Numbered from the whole stretch's first letter, positions 1-12,931 are shown. The stretch is DNA of 63,800 nt, filler included, from Octopus bimaculoides (GCF_001194135.2; 9 parts of 8 records of this genome joined end to end with filler, not necessarily neighbours in it); one strand, 5' to 3'. The notes: generated by a model from the sequence alone, not told the origin. Made by a program: numbers and translations.

Positions 1-65
1 TCATGCTCATGGCCAAATCAGTGAATGGTTGCTGAAAGCTATGCCCACGTAAAACCGTATTTAAC

Positions 66-269
66 TTATTTGCAGAATACTTCAGACTTATCGTCCGTTG
101 AATTTACTTTGTTGACATTCTTCATCGACAGAATTTTTATACCTTTCAACCTTTCAATCAAGTCCACCTTTCTTCCAGTAACATACTGTCCATATAATCT
201 TAAATATTTCTTTAACTCAGGCACAGTAAGTACTTCGATAGCTGAATCATCGAGCTGCTTTATATCCAT
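66..269 (-). CDS. Short SAP-domain ORF, probably the N-terminus of a decayed transposon-borne gene
   Basis: LTVPELKKYLRLYGQYVTGRKVDLIERL fits the SAP consensus (L.V.ELK..L...G....G.K..LI.RL). ATG at 269 in atcATGG context; stop after 67 aa. Confidence 0.6.
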   Translation of the reverse strand: MDIKQLDDSAIEVLTVPELKKYLRLYGQYVTGRKVDLIERLKGIKILSMKNVNKVNSTDDKSEVFCK

Positions 270-427
270 GATAAGACGCAAAACAATAACAATGGCGTGG
301 ATAGTCTGCGGAAGTTTAATTGTCTACATGGAGCGCCGCCTAGCCAAGGGAGATAACCTACTTATAGGAAAGCCCTATAGCTCTAACCAAATATTTTAGA
401 ATATTTAAACATAACCCTTGAGCTTCT

Positions 428-665
428 ATGTATGTATGTATGTATGCATGCATGTATGTATGTATGTATGTATGTATGTATGTATGTATGTATGTATGCA
501 TGTATGTATGTATGTATGTATGTATGTATGTATGTATGTATGTATGCATGCATGTATGTATGTATGTATGTATGTATGTATGTATGTATGTATGCATGCA
601 TGTATGTATGTATGTATGTATGCATGCATGCATGTATGTATGTATGTATGTATGTATGTATGTGT
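428..665. repeat. (TATG)n microsatellite with TGCA variant units
   Basis: Read directly from the sequence. Confidence 0.98.
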
Positions 666-891
666 GTATGTGTATATATAATATTAAAACATACGCTCAC
701 ATATACACTCACAAACGCTAACTCAAATGTGTACACTCCAGAATGCACGAACATATATATGCTCTTCTGAACATTTGCATGTATGCTTCTGTAAGTGTCA
801 GTATGAGAACGAGTGTCTGCAGATAGGCATGTATTCTATGTTTGTCTCGGCTTTCCAGAGTAATTTTAATGTGTGAGCTTTAACGTGTTTG

Positions 892-894
<3 letters not shown>

Positions 895-968
<74 letters not shown>
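895..968. repeat. (TG)n microsatellite
   Basis: Read directly from the sequence. Confidence 0.98.
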
Positions 969-971
<3 letters not shown>

Positions 972-1267
972 CATGTATGTTAGTATCTGTGTATGTAAAA
1001 GCGCGCACACTACTACAGACAGAGATGTGCGCGTGTGTTCATGTGTAGGTATGATGAGCCAGTCTTTTACATATGATTACAAGCGCAAAACAAGTTGACA
1101 TTCCTTGAAGATGAAAGCTCGCTGCATTAATTTGGACAGTTCTTCAGCATTCAGTTAACGACTGCAGTTTCCATCGTGGTGGACGTCACAAAAAATGATC
1201 AAAGAAACTTCAGCTGCTGTCATCACCCGATCACTAGGTTATCAAACTATTTCCAAACCATTGTCTC

Positions 1268-1319
1268 ACCACCACCACCACCACCACCACAGCAACAACA
1301 ACAACAACAACAACAACAA

Positions 1320-1354
<35 letters not shown>

Positions 1355-1751
1355 CACCACACCACCACCACCACCACCACAACAACAACAACAGTAATAA
1401 TAACAATCCTGTTCGTTACAACAGCTCCTACAACCAAAACACCCCCATAAAACCATCAGGACAATCTTTGCAGCCCCCCATGACATAACATCAGCAAACA
1501 CTAAACTCCCATAATCAAAACATTAGCATTGTTACTAATCATCATCACTAGCAATCCTTATCTTTGCCATCACTCTCCATATATTACAATATTACTTTAT
1601 CACTAAATATTTACATTTAGCCTCAACGATATTAATCGTATACATGTTTGTTGCTGCTGCTGCTGCTTCTTCTTCTTCTTCTTCTTCTTCTTCTTCTTCT
1701 TCTTCTTCTTCTTCTTCTTCTTCTTCTTCTTCTTCTTCTTCTTCTTCTTCT
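1268..1751. repeat. Compound trinucleotide region: (CAC)n/(CAA)n, then (GCT)n/(TCT)n running into a gap
   Basis: Read directly from the sequence. Confidence 0.95.
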
Positions 1752-2404
1752 NNNNNNNNNNNNNNNNNNNNNNNNNNNNNNNNNNNNNNNNNNNNNNNNN
1801 NNNNNNNNNNNNNNNNNNNNNNNNNNNNNNNNNNNNNNNNNNNNNNNNNNNNNNNNNNNNNNNNNNNNNNNNNNNNNNNNNNNNNNNNNNNNNNNNNNNN
1901 NNNNNNNNNNNNNNNNNNNNNNNNNNNNNNNNNNNNNNNNNNNNNNNNNNNNNNNNNNNNNNNNNNNNNNNNNNNNNNNNNNNNNNNNNNNNNNNNNNNN
2001 NNNNNNNNNNNNNNNNNNNNNNNNNNNNNNNNNNNNNNNNNNNNNNNNNNNNNNNNNNNNNNNNNNNNNNNNNNNNNNNNNNNNNNNNNNNNNNNNNNNN
2101 NNNNNNNNNNNNNNNNNNNNNNNNNNNNNNNNNNNNNNNNNNNNNNNNNNNNNNNNNNNNNNNNNNNNNNNNNNNNNNNNNNNNNNNNNNNNNNNNNNNN
2201 NNNNNNNNNNNNNNNNNNNNNNNNNNNNNNNNNNNNNNNNNNNNNNNNNNNNNNNNNNNNNNNNNNNNNNNNNNNNNNNNNNNNNNNNNNNNNNAGATTA
2301 AGTGAATACTCTGCGAAAGTCTTATCTGAAACCAATAGCATCAATAAGGACATTTTTCTGAGATTTGAAAGAAAAGGCTAGTCAGAGATCTAAGATTCAT
2401 TTCA

Positions 2405-2617
2405 AATTTTGGCACGAGGTTATCAATTGCGGGTAAGGGTGGGTGGGTAAATCGATTACATTGATCCCAGTACTCAACTGGTACTTATTGTATCAACCCC
2501 GAAAAGATGAAAGCAAAGTTGACCACAGAAGAATTTGAACTCAGAACGTGAAGACGGACGAAATGCCGCTAAGCATTTCGCCCGGCGTACTAACGATTCT
2601 GCCAGTTCGCCACCTTA
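2405..2617 (-). mobile_element. tRNA-derived SINE family A (head GGCGGCGAGCTGGCAGAATCGTTAG), octopus OR/OK-like
   Basis: A-box and B-box-like head (GTTCTGAGTTCAAATTC). Other copies at about 11350-11559(-), 13657-13807(+), 41285-41520(+), 52400-52612(-), 54250-54445(-), 59680-59760(+, fragment), 60210-60388(-), 63244-63325(+, fragment). Confidence 0.9.
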
Positions 2618-2719
2618 GACAGATCTAACATTAAAAAGACTTCATCATTGAATCATATACAAAGAATGAAGAACAGCCAATAAAGACAGTCTGGCATAAA
2701 AGAAGAGTATTGATATGTC

Positions 2720-2990
2720 AGCAAAAGAGATGCCAACAAATTGTCATATCGTGTTATCTATAAATACCTGCAAGGTTCCATACCATCTCCATGTGAGTCA
2801 TGATACTACTTCAAAATTGTGGGAGAAGAAGATTGCCCGGAAAAAGTACGAAAATTGCCAGGAAAAAGTACGAAAATTGCCAGGAAAAACACACGAAGAC
2901 TGGTTGCAGGAACAATACACACAGAATGCATTCACCATGAAGTATACAAGAAGATTATTTCAATAGAAAATATCAATACTGCTCAAGTAA
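2720..2990 (+). mobile_element. Highly decayed LINE (CR1-like) 3' fragment with an internal 22-nt tandem duplication
   Basis: Weak protein-like remnants; unit GGAAAAAGTACGAAAATTGCCA repeated about 2.4 times near 2847-2897. Confidence 0.3.
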
Positions 2991-3084
2991 AATAAGTTGG
3001 AGCAAGGAAGAAAGGTTATCCACAGTTGTAAAGACCAGAACTCTTTCTCTTTCTCTCCAAGAGTTAGAGAGAAGGAGAGTCAAT

Positions 3085-3115
<31 letters not shown>

Positions 3116-3806
3116 AAGAGAGATAGATAGATCATATAACTTAACCATGGTTGCTAATGAAAAAAGAGAACCAAGGTAAAATCGGAGAGAAGGGAGCGAC
3201 CGCAGTTTAACTTTTCGTTATACAGCTAAAGTAGTCTCTAATTAACTAAAACAGCGCTAGTGACAAACGGTGTTACTAAAACATCAACTGCTAAACAAGT
3301 CGCTACATTTCGAAATGTGGAAATAATAGTGCTTTTCCGAAAGGCCTAATAGAAACTGACATCCACCATCTCCAATCGATTAAAGATGTATCGATCATTT
3401 GCAAAATATTTCAGCAATATCCCATTTGACTCCGGAAGAGAGTCAAAAAGTGTATGTGTGCGAGCATACAGTGGGCATGAATACATAACACACATACAAA
3501 ATTGAAAAACTTAGCTACACCATTGCCATCTACGAGATAATGTTTTCTGAACAATACTTTACCTTGAGATATGATGTGATAGCCAGAGCAATCTGAAATA
3601 AAATACCAAATAAAAACATGACAATAAACACAAACACACTGAAGTGGACAGATCACGAGAATATGGGTGTAACTTAGAAATATGGTAGGGGTGACAACTT
3701 CGAATATATTCCAGTCTTATTGAACCTCATCTGTAAAGCATAACCAGCACAAATCTACCTAATCATTTAAAGAAGGTTTAATCAGTGAATTTTTATCACA
3801 CTAGAG

Positions 3807-5160
3807 CAGCGTTTCTCAACTGGGATTTCCCAGAACCATAGGGTTCCACAAAATGTTATTAGGGTTCCGTGAGAAAGAGTGAGATAAGGTAATGCTAATT
3901 TCATGATCGTAATATATTATTTATACATATATATATGGCGGCGTACGTACAACTTGTATCTTTTATGTAAGTATACATTTTACTAAATCTTGAACGACTC
4001 TATTTCTGTCTATCAGCCCCTTCACCCTTATTCGTTCATTCCACTGTTCGTTCTTTCCATTTCCCCCTCGCTCATATTTCCTTGCCTTCTCTTCTTTCCC
4101 TCCACTTTTCACTTCACTGTGTCCCTGTCATTTTTCTCGCTCCTCCCTAATTCTTTTGACCCTTAGCCTCTACCTCTCTCTCTTCTCTTCCCACGTGACC
4201 GGTGTTCGGCCATGCGTGATCTTTCTTTCTTGGCCGGCCGTTGTACGTGTAACATCGTTATTCCTCCCCGTGCCTCTGAAATCTTGTATTCCTGTCATAC
4301 TTATTTCCACAACGCCAGCTTAATTTAATTCGTTCTTAGTCGAAAGACATCTGTTATGTCCTGTTTTATTATTTTTATTGTATTTGTGTTCCATTGTTCG
4401 TTTTTTTTTTCTGTCCTTGTTTTTGTATACATTTGCTGCTTTCTTCCAAGGAATCTAATGCTCTTAGCTTAGTTTTTCCTTGGGGCTGGCCAGATTGGAG
4501 CAATATCGAGAATAACCAGCCGAAATTGCAAGGATAATCTGGATCTCGACTGAAGAGAGAAAACCCTGAATTGACCTGTCCGTGTTTTCTGTGTATCGTC
4601 TATCTGGATGTTTTGTGTTCTTGTCCCATTCTGTATTATTTATNNNNNNNNNNNNNNNNNNNNNNNNNNNNNNNNNNNNNNNNNNNNNNNNNNNNNNNNN
4701 NNNNNNNNNNNNNNNNNNNNNNNNNNNNNNNNNNNNNNNNNNNNNNNNNNNNNNNNNNNNNNNNNNNNNNNNNNNNNNNNNNNNNNNNNNNNNNNNNNNN
4801 NNNNNNNNNNNNNNNNNNNNNNNNNNNNNNNNNNNNNNNNNNNNNNNNNNNNNNNNNNNNNNNNNNNNNNNNNNNNNNNNNNNNNNNNNNNNNNNNNNNN
4901 NNNNNNNNNNNNNNNNNNNNNNNNNNNNNNNNNNNNNNNNNNNNNNNNNNNNNNNNNNNNNNNNNNNNNNNNNNNNNNNNNNNNNNNNNNNNNNNNNNNN
5001 NNNNNNNNNNNNNNNNNNNNNNNNNNNNNNNNNNNNNNNNNNNNNNNNNNNNNNNNNNNNNNNNNNNNNNNNNNNNNNNNNNNNNNNNNNNNNNNNNNNN
5101 NNNNNNNNNNNNNNNNNNNNNNNNNNNNNNNNNNNNNNNNNNNNNNNNNNNNNNNNNNNN

Positions 5161-5201
<41 letters not shown>

Positions 5202-5358
5202 CATACATACATGTATACATACATACATGCATTATGACATTTACCACGTGAACTACGATGAAAAAAATGAGAAAGATATGGAATATAATTTTTTGTGCAG
5301 GGGTTCCTTGAGACATGTATTTTATTTTACGCAAGGGTAAAAAGGTTGAGAAACACTG
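3807..5358. mobile_element. Non-autonomous hAT (Charlie/Buster-type) element with nested repeats and a gap
   Basis: TIRs CAGCGTTTCTCAAC (3807-3820) and GTTGAGAAACACTG (5345-5358) match 13/14. Flanking 8-mers CACTAGAG and CTCTACAG match 6/8 and resemble the NTCTAGAN Buster target. Confidence 0.8.
4418..4640. repeat. Unclassified interspersed repeat, copy 1 (copy 2 at about 56225-56480)
   Basis: Near-identical run TGTATACATT.GCTGCTTTCTTCCAAGGAAT.TAATGCTCTTAGCTTAGTTTTTCCTTGGGGCTGGCCAGATTGGAGCAATATCGAGAATAACCAGC at both sites. Confidence 0.9.
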
Positions 5359-6667
5359 CTCTACAGTTATAAACAATTTTAACCGTTCTAACATCAGGCA
5401 GATTTCTGTCCATCATGCTTCGCTGAGGAGGTTCAATAACACCATAACATGTCCCCAGTTGTCACCATAGTTACTAAAGAGGAGATTCACTACCACTCTA
5501 TTGCATATCATTTTTGGTCAGTTGAAAGTTTTAGAGGTCTTCCTTTCCTGGGAGAATAATGTTTTTTTTTATATTTACGTTAATGAATGTTCGTTGCATT
5601 ACACTTTGTAATTTCAATTGATTAAGAGTAATGGTTGTCTGCACTAATTACATATATATAGATATGTATGTGTGTGTGTGTGTGATCCAATACAGGGAAA
5701 CAAGCTCCTCTTACAAGGATGGAAACATCCAAGTTTCACTGCTTTAACTGCTTTAATACCCAATATAGTAGAAAAAATTTCTACAGTACAAATTGGTATA
5801 TGTACAATATACAAAATAGTAAAAGGAAAACGGAGAGTTCAAACTGACATATGATAATTTGTTAACATAATATTAATAATCCCTACAATTATTTAGATTC
5901 AAACTCAAAACCAATAACAAATTTATAAAATTCATATTTTGGAAACATTTTCAATAAAAATCTCATCAGGGTAAATCAGGATAAAAAGTTACATATTAGA
6001 AGTTTGAGATCCTTAAACAAACTGAATTAATATATGTTTCTGTATGTAAGTGTGAGCGTCAATAACTTTTTAAAAAATTTGAAAAAAAAACCAAACTTAC
6101 ATAACGGTTATAAATATGTATATCAAATATGTATGAGTATTTAAGAATATTAATTTAAGTATGTTTCTGCACGTTAGTATTCTAAAACAGAAGCAATTCG
6201 TTATGAATCTATAGCGAAACAGTAAATATTTACTTACACTTCGATACAGTTAAGAAAAAAATTCATTATTTACATTATTTGCCCTCATCTTGTTTGTTGT
6301 TAACACAACGTTTCGGTTGATATACCCTCCAGCCTTGTGCGTCGGTAGCCAGCCGGAAAAGATGTTTTCTTGGGGCTAAAAAGGGTAGTAATATCGTCCT
6401 AATCAGGATTGCCAAATTACGTTGGCAAATAGATTTTACTCTGTTACTACTTATTTTTCAGAGATTTAAAACTAATGGTTTTTCTCTTTACGAGTTCAGT
6501 AACTGTGTGTCACTTTAAAAGTATATATCTCGAACAAGACTTAGTGCTGCCATCTTTCTCTCTCTCTCTCTCTCTCTNNNNNNNNNNNNNNNNNNNNNNN
6601 NNNNNNNNNNNNNNNNNNNNNNNNNNNNNNNNNNNNNNNNNNNNNNNNNNTATATATATATATACAC

Positions 6668-6711
<44 letters not shown>

Positions 6712-8292
6712 ATTTGTACAAACACATATATAGTCTTGGTGTTTGGCTCGTGATTTTCCCATTGTTAGGCAACGCTGAGAATTCGAAGTCAAAAATAGTA
6801 AAAAAAAATTTGGCAACAAAATGACAATATATTGAAAATTATTGACTAAACATAGAGCTTGAACGAAATTTCGTTGTGATCTCTTGAGCTGTCAGTATTC
6901 TGGCAATTGTCCAACGTTCTCTTAACAATGATGTCACCATTGCCAAACTTGATATGCAAATAGAAGCTAAAACGAAAGAATGAGAATATAAAGAGATAAC
7001 GTTTTTCTTGATTGCTTGTCATAGTGGTCTCAAGGAATAAGATGAAACAGAAATTATTAATAAGTGTCCAATTTGTGTTTTTGCGCCAGTTTCCTGTTTA
7101 TTATTTCGCTTACCCATTTCTACATCTTCTAGTCCAAATGAAACTTATTTTCAAACTCTGTCAGTAGTATTGTCACAATGCATACACATACGTGAGCACA
7201 TGCACATATAATTATATTTTAACAGTAATAGCTTACATAATTTTCTTAATTTTTGAGAATGAGTGTACACAAAAAAACTATCAATAATATGAAAAATTGT
7301 ACGAAATGTCCACTAATAATCTAAGAGGCTCTAAGATAAGTGCTTGTGATAAGTACTACCAAGTCTTGTGGACTTTATGATTGTTGACGACTAAACGAAA
7401 TAGAGACCGTATTACAATCACAAACACGTCTCGTTCCTTACAGTGGGCATTGAGTCAGAACATTTTATAAGCAACGACAATCTTAGAATACATTTTGTGT
7501 GTTGCCAGTAATCTCATTTTATGTATATATGATCTTTTTTTTTCCTTTGAAATCATCGCACAAAAAAGTTTATTTTCAAACTAACAATCAAAGACCCACT
7601 ATTGGATTTTAGGCAACAAAGCGAATTCTGTTAAAAAAAGTTTTAAATATTTTCAATACCTAAAGTTTCGAGATTATATAAACAATTAGTAGCATAACCA
7701 ATGATTAGGCACTTAAATTTATATTAACGAGAAGAGGGAAGAAGTTTTTAAACATTTGTTCATCAATTATTCCTTTTCCATTTTTTTTTAGTGAAATGTT
7801 CCTAAACACTGAGTAGTTGAACTCACAATAATACATTTTTATTTTCTACACCCATAACAACCACCACCAAAAGAAAGAAAGGAAAACGTGTTGTTTTGGC
7901 ATTTAGTAGAGATTTTGATTGGAATATTTTACCAGTATAGTCTCTATTGGAAGGTAAGAAGGTACTGAAAGTCAGAAATATTTGTTGTATTATTCCGGCA
8001 AGATTATCCTTTCTGACGACGTTGTATGTTATTCTAGCAATAGCATTCTGCTACTTAGGAAGGTGATATCTCGATGACATGTAATAGCTAGCTGCTGATC
8101 CCTTACTGAGATATCTTCGTTCATATCTTTTGCTCTTGCATCACAAAAGTATCACATTCGAAATGTATAGTGACGTAACAACCAAGATTTCAAAATTTAC
8201 CACTCATTTGGTTGATATTGATATCATTCTCGAATTTTATGGAAAGATACCCAGGCAAGGTCTGTTATTGCTATGGAGAGTGTTTCCATTTC

Positions 8293-8328
<36 letters not shown>

Positions 8329-8969
8329 CTTTGTTTTCGTTGTTAATTAACTCGGGAGTCAATCTTAATCCAGCAGACCATTCCTTTATACTCTCTTTTA
8401 TTTGTTTCAGACCTTTAATTGAAGCCATACGAGGCACCACCATTTAAAGGTGATATTTACAGCACCTATGTTTCCGGTCAGTTACCTCTAAGTACTAAGT
8501 AGGTGCAACATTGCTTAGTCGGATGAGAATCTACACTTTTAACATATGGTCGCAAGCAAAGGCATTCCAGTTGTGACTGTCTAATCTTTTTAGGGATGTG
8601 AAAGACCATATTATTTAATGTACCCCTTGAGAATTAAGGGTAATTTGGTTACTGTTTCTACCACGTCAATCCACAACACCAAATCTTCCTTTTTGGTGTC
8701 TTTCTACTCAAGTTCTTTCATGAGGTAAGTTTCATGAGGCAAGTTTGTTGCAGAAAGCAAGTGGTGCAAACATATTTCTTAGACTTTGAAAATGTTGGGC
8801 ATATTCTGAGATAAGTTGTACATACTAAGAGATACATGGGCAAAGCATTCAGGTGTTTACGTCATTCGAGAAAAATTATCAGAGAAAACTTCTCTTGAAA
8901 GAGCTAGGAAAACTAAGTATACAATTTATCTTTATTTATTTATTTATTTATTTTTTTTTTTTTTATTAC

Positions 8970-9350
8970 TTATTTTAGTCATTAGACTCTGGCCGTGCTG
9001 GAGAACCACCTTAGAGAATATTTAGTCAAATAAATCGACCCCAATATTTATTCATTTAAAAAAAAAGTCTGGAACTTATTCTATCGAATACTTTTGCCGA
9101 GCCGCTAGGTTAAGGAGACACAAACACATTAGCACCGGTTGTCAAGCGGTGATGGGGGACAAACACACACATGCGCGCGCACACACATACACATACGACG
9201 TACTTCTTTCAGTTTCCATCTACCAAATCCACTCACAAAACTTTGGTTGGCCCGAGGTTATCATAGAAGACACTTGCCCAAGGTGTCACATAGTGGGACT
9301 GACCCAGAACCATGTGGTTGGGAAGCAAGCTTGTTGCTATACAACCATCA
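8970..9350 (-). mobile_element. tRNA-derived SINE family B with CORE-like CCTTGGGCAAGT motif (OR2-like)
   Basis: Head GCAGGMGTGGCTGTGTGGTAAG, B-box GGTTCAGTCCC, tail CCAGCATGGCCGCAGTCAAATGACTGAAACAAGTAAAAGA. Other copies at about 10851-11265(+), 18485-18560(-), 26033-26480(+), 29454-29820(+), 40480-40612(-), 42340-42750(-), 48578-48875(-), 50770-50997(+), 52010-52395(+), 55075-55235(-), 59885-59970(-), 63330-63580(-). Confidence 0.9.
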
Positions 9351-9364
9351 TGGGTATGCCAATA

Positions 9365-10840
9365 AAATGTGGGGATTAAAAATTGAAACAGTCCTGTTGG
9401 TAATCGACGGTTGGACTAAGGGTTCGACGCATTTCATTGAACTTTTTGTACCTTATTCGTGCAATTATCAAAATGGCTATTGTACTGTTTTGCTGGAATT
9501 TTTGCCAATGGTAGGTGAAACATCAGTCACTGCTTCTGATTATGTCGAACTTATAGAGTATGTGTTAAGTGTCTATAATAAAAATTTAGAAAATGTTGTT
9601 GCTATTACCGGAGATAACACTGAAGTGAACAAATCTATAGCGAATTTGTGTAGAATAACATTGATTGGATGTCAATCTAGCTGTTTCTGCTCATCACGAC
9701 AAGCAGGTAGTTCTGCTTGATAAAATTAATATGTTGATGGGCAAGCTAAAATCATTAAAACTTGCGGGTAAACTTCGGGAAAAAATGCTTTTGTAACCTA
9801 TACAAAGAAATAAAATCCGTTTGGTAGATTCTTTTCAAAGCGATCCAAAGCTGTCTGATTATCTGTTGACTCCATGCAATCATAATGATTTGCAGACTCT
9901 AAAAGACAATTTAGGAAAGTTACGCTCTATAACAGTTGCCTTGCAAAGAACAGAATTAGATTTGAGAGATGCTCGAATTCTTTTTGACAAGATTTTCGCA
10001 TTGTATCCTTACAAGGAATTTTAAAAATATTTGCTTTCGTCGGCAACCATTATGCACAGCCCGAATTTTGAAAGCTGAGTTGTGAAAATTTTACAACATG
10101 CAGAAGCAGAGCTAACTGCGTATGAAGTGGCTGCTCTACTCAGCTGAAAGTGGTGACAGACACATCACAACAGTCTGATTTACCAGTAGAAGATGATGAT
10201 TTTGCTTCAATTTGCTTGAAAAAACACAAAAAAGATAAAAATTCATCTCAGCAATATCTGAACTGTAGATTTTTGTTACCAACGTCCAACAACTTGGAAC
10301 GTTTCTTCAGCTCAGCGGGTTACACTTTAATGATTTTCGGCAACGCTTAACACCAATGAATTTAAAAATATAATTATTTCTAAAAGTCAATCGTACTTTC
10401 TGGGATGAAGAACTAGTTTCAGAAATCTGCAATCGTTCATGACCTTTTGCTATATTAGAACATTTTATTTGTGCTATCCGTTTGAGAAATTCTTTCAATT
10501 AAAGACTTACAATTTATTTGTTTTTCAACTTCTATACAATGTAGAGTATAAATGTTGTTTGTTCCTTATTCTAAATCAATAAAACTGAACTTTGAACGTT
10601 TTCTGATAATAAAGTTTTTTGAAACTATAAGACGTGCCTTTTATTTTCCTATCATTTTGGTCCTTATCTAAACCGAAGCTAACACTCCAAAATATATGGT
10701 GTTTTTACGTTCGGCAAAATAATTGACAATTAATTGCAATTAATTGAAATAATTAATTGGCCTGTATCCCAATTAAAATTAATTGATTGGTAGGAAAATA
10801 ATTGATTGGAAAGGTTCCAAGCAATTATTTACAACCCCTG
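9365..10840 (+). mobile_element. 5'-truncated hAT transposon with a degraded transposase and an intact right end
   Basis: Motifs DGWT, GDN, IGC.S, LQ...LDL.DAR.LFD and LPTSNNLERFFSSAG (hAT dimerisation domain) across frameshifted ORFs. Right end reads CAGGGGTTGT on the minus strand (10840), with AATTAATTG subterminal repeats. Confidence 0.85.
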
Positions 10841-12243
10841 ATTGTGAGGTGCAGGCGTGGCTGTATGGCAAGAAGCTTGCTTCCCAACCACATGGTTCCG
10901 GGTTCAGTCCCAGTGCGTGGCACCTTGGGCAAGTGTCTACTACTATAGCNNNNNNNNNNNNNNNNNNNNNNNNNNNNNNNNNNNNNNNNNNNNNNNNNNN
11001 NNNNNNNNNNNNNNNNNNNNNNNNNNNNNNNNNNNNNNNNNNNNNNNNNNNNNNNNNNNNNNNNNNNNNNNNNNNNNNNNNNNNNNNNNNNNNNNNNNNN
11101 NNNNGGTGTGTTTACATACTCGAAACCTAGCAGTTCGGCAAAAAAGACTGATAGCATAAGTACTAGGTTTAAAAAATAAGTCCTGGGGTCGACTTTTTCG
11201 ACTAAAACCCTTCAAGTTGGTGCTCCAGCATGACCTCAGTCAAATGACAAATAAGAATAAAAGAATATATACAATAAAGTACACGAAGGTGAGCTCGATG
11301 CAGTAAATACATGCAATTCGGGGAAAATATTGAAATTTATAATCTTTTCAACTAAAAGCACAAGGCCTGAAATTTAGAGAAAGTGGACTAGTCGATTACA
11401 TCGACCCCCAGTGTTTCACTGGTACTTAATTTATCGACCGCAAAAGAAAGAAAGGTAAAATCGACCCCAGAGGAATTCGAACTCAGAACATGAAAACAGA
11501 CAAAATGCCGCTCACTATTTTTGCCCGACGTGTTAACGATTCTGTCAGCTCGCGGCCTTTTCGTAATTTATAATAAAGCTTTCTTTTAAGGCCACACACA
11601 TTGTTAAGGAGTTGTATCGTCGTTAAATACAGATACATACCTGGTATTTAGTGGTACTTGGTTTATCAATTCTGGATTGCAATACAAGATTGCAACAACA
11701 TTAGTGATTCGTTCAATTCTTGTCAGGATTCGGTAAGCGAAAACTAATCAAAGCTACCGACAATATTAATACGGAAAACGGTTGTAATAGCACACCTGCA
11801 CTACGACGACGACTACCACCATCACTACCAACACCGCCAGCAGAGTCTTCACTTTGCTACCCCATCACCACCTCGTTAGCATCACTGCCACCATCGCACA
11901 GCGCCCACTATTATACCACCACCACCACCACAATCACTACCACCACTACAACAATCATACTATCACATATTCTACTACCGCTGCTATTATCATTTGACCA
12001 CTGCGCTACCTCTACAAGTATAACACAACTATGATGACCATACCACAACCATAACAACACCAACAACGACAAACACGGCCTGGATAGTCCTCTACAGCAA
12101 CGGTTAGTAAATATTTACCCTGAAAATGAATGTGTGTTTTAAAATTACAGCGACAGAGCCGAGTTTTGAGATGAGGCAGAAGTGGCAGAAGGCTACGTTC
12201 TCATATGTTGCTGTGTTATACATATATTAACAGACACTCTTTA

Positions 12244-12309
<66 letters not shown>

Positions 12310-12370
12310 NNNNNNNNNNNNNNNNNNNNNNNNNNNNNNNNNNNNNNNNNNNNNNNNNNNNNNNNNNNNN

Positions 12371-12404
<34 letters not shown>

Positions 12405-12898
12405 GTAGTACACACATTTGTTCTCATCAATATATAGATGCAAATCCTCAAGGAAATCACATATGCATACACACACACACACAAATCTAAGCGTATTCAC
12501 GTGAACGCATGTGCACACTAAAACCTGTATACTGACATTAATACAAGGAACTCACAAAACATGATGGATATTACTAGTAAGAATGTTATTTCCATGACCA
12601 CTATTGCTCACTATAAAATACAATAATAAAAACGAAATAAAATAATAAGAAAGCCAGTAAAAACACCGCAACCAGAAGTTATGATCGAGAAGGTTTTAAA
12701 ACGTTAATGGACTTGAGAATATTATTCTTGTAAACTAAACAAAAGAGCTAGTGAAGAAATAAGAAAAAAACATTAGAAAAACAAATTAAATTACAATACA
12801 GTCATATCTTTTGCATAATATATTTGAAAAGATTCTGTTTCCCATACTCACGTATACATACATGAATGCATGCATACATACATACAAACATACATACA

Positions 12899-12931
<33 letters not shown>

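Noticed and set aside
358-1501. ORFs rich in MYVC, HTYI, poly-Q, poly-N or poly-C, here and at 25.3-25.9 kb, 47.5-48.3 kb and 63.5 kb
   Set aside because: Microsatellite translations with no coding signal
2540-2617. tRNA-like A/B boxes in many repeats as tRNA genes
   Set aside because: No full cloverleaf; each continues into a shared SINE body and tail
5935-5975. CTGATGAG-ATTTTTATT-GAAA on the minus strand as a hammerhead
   Set aside because: Stem II is marginal and no stem I can form
7936-7953. 18-nt AG...GT segment as a plus-strand dvl microexon (YSLYWK)
   Set aside because: Weak polypyrimidine tract and no resemblance to Dishevelled; expected by chance
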